Positions 61,263 through 64,000 of a DNA stretch of 64,000 nucleotides are shown piece by piece (the stretch's first letter is position 1; each line of letters opens with the position of its first letter). The notes beneath the pieces are model-generated. The model was not told where the DNA came from. It searched no databases and saw nothing but the letters and a program-made list of their open reading frames with translations. Location: assembly GCA_963663035.1 (NCBI GenBank), contig OY760074.1, forward strand, positions 448,001-512,000. The letters are read 5' to 3'. This stretch comes from Acidobacteriota bacterium. Its GTDB lineage: Bacteria; Acidobacteriota; UBA6911; RPQK01; JADFOI01. Both the position numbers and the translations under genes were made by a program.

Positions 61263-61299
61263 AGTGTCTCGTCCCATGGAAGTGATGGGACGAGACACT
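61263..61299. repeat. Collapsed family B MITE (TIRs only) in the nuoA leader
   Basis: AGTGTCTCGTCCCAT-ggaagtg-ATGGGACGAGACACT; same TIR as the 28612 element. Confidence 0.85.
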
Positions 61300-61316
61300 G
61301 ATGTAGGGAGGGTGAA

Positions 61317-61673
61317 GTGCTGGCTGCATATGTTCCTATCCTGATTTTTATCCTGGTTGCCCTGTCTATGCCTGTGGTGGGGCTGCTTGTGGGGAAATTG
61401 ATTCGACCCTACAGACCTCATGCCACAAAGTTGATGCCCTACGAATGTGGCGTGGACCCAGAGGGCGATGCCCGCGACCGATTTTCGGTTCGCTTTTATA
61501 TCATTGCCATACTTTTCGTGGTTTTCGACGTTGAAACCATCTTTCTATTTCCGTGGGCCATCATTTATGATCACCTGGCTCTGTTCGGATTTATCGAAAT
61601 GCTGGTTTTCTTGGGGATCTTGCTTGTGGGTTATCTGTATGTTTGGAAAAAGGGGGCCTTGGAGTGGGTTTAA
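61317..61673 (+). CDS. nuoA: NADH-quinone oxidoreductase subunit A
   Basis: Motifs [13 protein letters not shown] and WKKGALEW. Confidence 0.96.
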   Translation: MLAAYVPILIFILVALSMPVVGLLVGKLIRPYRPHATKLMPYECGVDPEGDARDRFSVRFYIIAILFVVFDVETIFLFPWAIIYDHLALFGFIEMLVFLGILLVGYLYVWKKGALEWV

Positions 61674-62164
61674 TTGAGGGGCGGATGGAAAAGAATATCG
61701 TGACGACGACGGTCGATTCGGTCTTCAACTGGGCCAGGAAGTCCTCGCTCTGGCCCATGACATTCGGGCTGGCCTGTTGCGCAATCGAGATGATGGCCAC
61801 AGGCGCCTCCCGTTTTGATATGGATCGTTTTGGCGCTGGAATCTTTCGGCCTTCTCCCAGGCAGAGTGATCTGATTATCATTGCCGGGACGGTGACTTTG
61901 AAGATGGCAGAGGTGATTCAGCGGCTGTACGATCAAATGCCGGAGCCGAAGTGGGTCATCTCCATGGGGGCCTGTTCCAGTGCCGGTGGGCCGTTTGACA
62001 CTTATTCAACTCTTCAGGGCGTGGATAAGATCATTCCCGTGGATGTTTATATCCCTGGATGTCCGCCTCGTCCCGAAGCGCTGCTCTATGGTCTGATGCG
62101 ACTTCAGGACAAGATCGATCACATGACCATTGCCAAAGAAGAGGAGCAGCTTCCGACCGGCTAA
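61664..62164 (+). CDS. nuoB: NADH-quinone oxidoreductase subunit B
   Basis: Motifs [20 protein letters not shown] and PGCPPRPE. Start is GTG 61664 or ATG 61685. Confidence 0.95.
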   Translation: MGLIEGRMEKNIVTTTVDSVFNWARKSSLWPMTFGLACCAIEMMATGASRFDMDRFGAGIFRPSPRQSDLIIIAGTVTLKMAEVIQRLYDQMPEPKWVISMGACSSAGGPFDTYSTLQGVDKIIPVDVYIPGCPPRPEALLYGLMRLQDKIDHMTIAKEEEQLPTG

Positions 62165-62205
62165 TCGAGCAAGCCTGACCGCGTTTTGTAATCTCCTGGT
62201 GTGAA

Positions 62206-63045
62206 ATGGACGAAGAGGACAAGCCAAAGCAACCCCTAGAGCCAGAAGGCCAAGAGGCTCAAACTACAAAATCCGAGGACAGCGAAGCCCCCAAACCTTC
62301 GAAGCCGAGCCCGAAATCGGCTGAGCCGGAGAAATCTGTCAAGCCTACTCCCCCCACAGCAGCCAAGGACAAGCCAAAGCAACCCCAAGAGCCAGAAGGC
62401 CAAGAGGCTCGAACTACAAAATCCGAGGACAGCGAAGCCCCCAAACCTTCGAAGCCGAGCCCGAAATCGGCCGCGCCCGAAAAACCTCCCAAGTCTGCTC
62501 CCCCCAGAGCCGCCAAGAAGAAGGTACTCTCGTACGAAGATCTGGAAGATGATGTACTCCTTCAGAAGCTGAAAGAGAAATTCTCAGGCGGGATTCTGTC
62601 CGGTCAGTCCTTTCTCGATCAACCCATTTACACGGTTTCCATGGAATATTTCAGTGACCTTATGGTTTACCTCAGGGACGATCCGGAGTGGGACTTTGAC
62701 TACTTGATTGATGTGACCGCTTTGGATTACCTGGGAGACGAAAAGCGGTTCTGTATGGTCTATCATCTCTATTCTCACCAGCACGGGAAGCTGATTCGAA
62801 TCAAAGCCCGAATATTGGAAGAGGAAGTTGTGCCCTCGGTGAGTTCCATCTGGAAAGCCGCTGATTGGATGGAGCGGGAAGTCTACGATCTGTTCGGCAT
62901 CGAGTTTTCCGGACACGACAATTTGAGTCGGATTCTTCTGCCCGATGACTGGCACGGTCACCCCTTGCGCAAGGATTACGACATTAAATTGCAGGACCAG
63001 GCCTGGATTAAGAAGCATCTGCACATCACAAAGACTCCCCCATGA
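62206..63045 (+). CDS. nuoC: NADH-quinone oxidoreductase subunit C with duplicated Pro/Lys/Glu-rich N-terminal extension
   Basis: Motif EREVYDLFGIEFSGH..RILLPDDWHGHPLRKDY; 150-bp tandem duplication at 62216-62515. Confidence 0.93.
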   Translation: MDEEDKPKQPLEPEGQEAQTTKSEDSEAPKPSKPSPKSAEPEKSVKPTPPTAAKDKPKQPQEPEGQEARTTKSEDSEAPKPSKPSPKSAAPEKPPKSAPPRAAKKKVLSYEDLEDDVLLQKLKEKFSGGILSGQSFLDQPIYTVSMEYFSDLMVYLRDDPEWDFDYLIDVTALDYLGDEKRFCMVYHLYSHQHGKLIRIKARILEEEVVPSVSSIWKAADWMEREVYDLFGIEFSGHDNLSRILLPDDWHGHPLRKDYDIKLQDQAWIKKHLHITKTPP

Positions 63046-64000
63046 AGACACTGGAAGACATGAACACAATGGAAGAATCGACCATTCTCGACGCCAAGGT
63101 CCTGGAACTCAATATGGGTCCTCAGCACCCGTCTACTCACGGTGTGCTTCGAGTGAAGTTAAAGTTGGATGGTGAACGGGTGATGGATGCGGAGTGCATC
63201 ATCGGTTATTTGCACCGGGGTGTGGAGAAGATCAGCGAGAATCGGTCTTACATCAAGTGCGTTCCCTATTACGACAGGACGGACTACATTGCGGCCGTTT
63301 CCAACGTCTACGGTTTCCTCCTGGGCGTGGAAAAAATGATGCAGATCGAGGTGCCAAAACGTGCCCAATGTATCCGCATCATGATGACGGAGTTTTGCCG
63401 CATCTCGAGCCACCTGCTCTGGTTGGCCACCCATGCCATTGATATCGGGGCCATGACGGTTTTTCTGTATTGTTTTCGGGAGCGGGAGGAAATTCTCAAA
63501 TTGTTCGAGGCTCTCTTCGGTGCCCGACTGACCACTCATGCCTTTCGAGTGGGCGGCCTGTGGAAGGACTTGCCTGCAGGATTTGAGGAGGCAGCGCGCA
63601 AATTTATCGATGAGTTCTCCGACCGAGTAGATGAGTACGAACAGTTGCTCACCAAGAACCGAATCTGGCTGGGTCGGACCAAGGGGATCGGTGTGATTTC
63701 TGGTGAAGAAGCTATCCAATGGGGATTGACCGGTCCTGTCCTGCGTGGTTCAGGGGTGGACTACGATCTCCGCAAGGCTCGTCCTTATGGAGGATACGAA
63801 GAGTTCGACTTCGACGTCCCGCTGGGTGAAAACGGAGACACCTACGATCGATATCTGGTGCGGCTGGAGGAGATGCGCCAGAGCCGGCGAATCATTCAGC
63901 AGGCACTGGATAATCTGCCGGAAGGACCTATTCGCGGGAAGGCACCCAAGATTGTCAAACCGCCTGTGGGCGAGTACTACTCTGGTATTGATGGTCCCCG
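63042..64000 (+). CDS. nuoD: NADH-quinone oxidoreductase subunit D (3' truncated; absent from ORF track)
   Basis: Manual translation gives LNMGPQHPSTHGVLR and IGYLHRGVEK. Start is 63042 or 63069. Confidence 0.95.
   Translation, partial: MKTLEDMNTMEESTILDAKVLELNMGPQHPSTHGVLRVKLKLDGERVMDAECIIGYLHRGVEKISENRSYIKCVPYYDRTDYIAAVSNVYGFLLGVEKMMQIEVPKRAQCIRIMMTEFCRISSHLLWLATHAIDIGAMTVFLYCFREREEILKLFEALFGARLTTHAFRVGGLWKDLPAGFEEAARKFIDEFSDRVDEYEQLLTKNRIWLGRTKGIGVISGEEAIQWGLTGPVLRGSGVDYDLRKARPYGGYEEFDFDVPLGENGDTYDRYLVRLEEMRQSRRIIQQALDNLPEGPIRGKAPKIVKPPVGEYYSGIDGP

Noticed and set aside
1-64000. rRNA, tRNA, prophage or defence genes
   Set aside because: None were recognised by eye; tRNAscan, Rfam and DefenseFinder were not run.

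Overview
This is a bacterial chromosomal window, tentatively Acidobacteriota-like (inferred from gene content and the LexA-box style; not verified). It is mostly housekeeping genes: carAB, P5C dehydrogenase, 2-oxoacid:ferredoxin oxidoreductase, a FadN-like enzyme, a YerC/HisR-led his operon, tpx, an ECF sigma/anti-sigma pair with a B12 acyl-CoA mutase and a BtuFCD-like transporter, lexA, dtd, tamB/tamA-like genes, rseP-dxr-cdsA-uppS-truA, yebC-ruvC, grpE/clpB, aroAK, uvrB and nuoABCD. I saw no rRNA, tRNA or CRISPR array. The unusual content is intergenic. (1) Ten loci carry 7-nt-period arrays with a fixed arm polarity; they often supply the stop codon of the adjacent gene, and one has 44 units of the anti-Shine-Dalgarno heptamer directly before the his promoter. 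(2) An intact IS1380-family element with a CTAG duplication is accompanied by MITE-like elements from three terminal-repeat families. Two families share a central hairpin with a GCA/GA internal loop. The elements nest inside each other and appear to donate start or stop codons to host genes. (3) Three lesions are present: a frameshift in a SufR-like gene, a nonsense codon in a SurA-like gene, and a 1-nt tamB frameshift that creates a spurious 2342-aa fusion. The B12 mutase has isobutyryl-CoA mutase-type specificity residues. All coordinates and alignments were read by eye.
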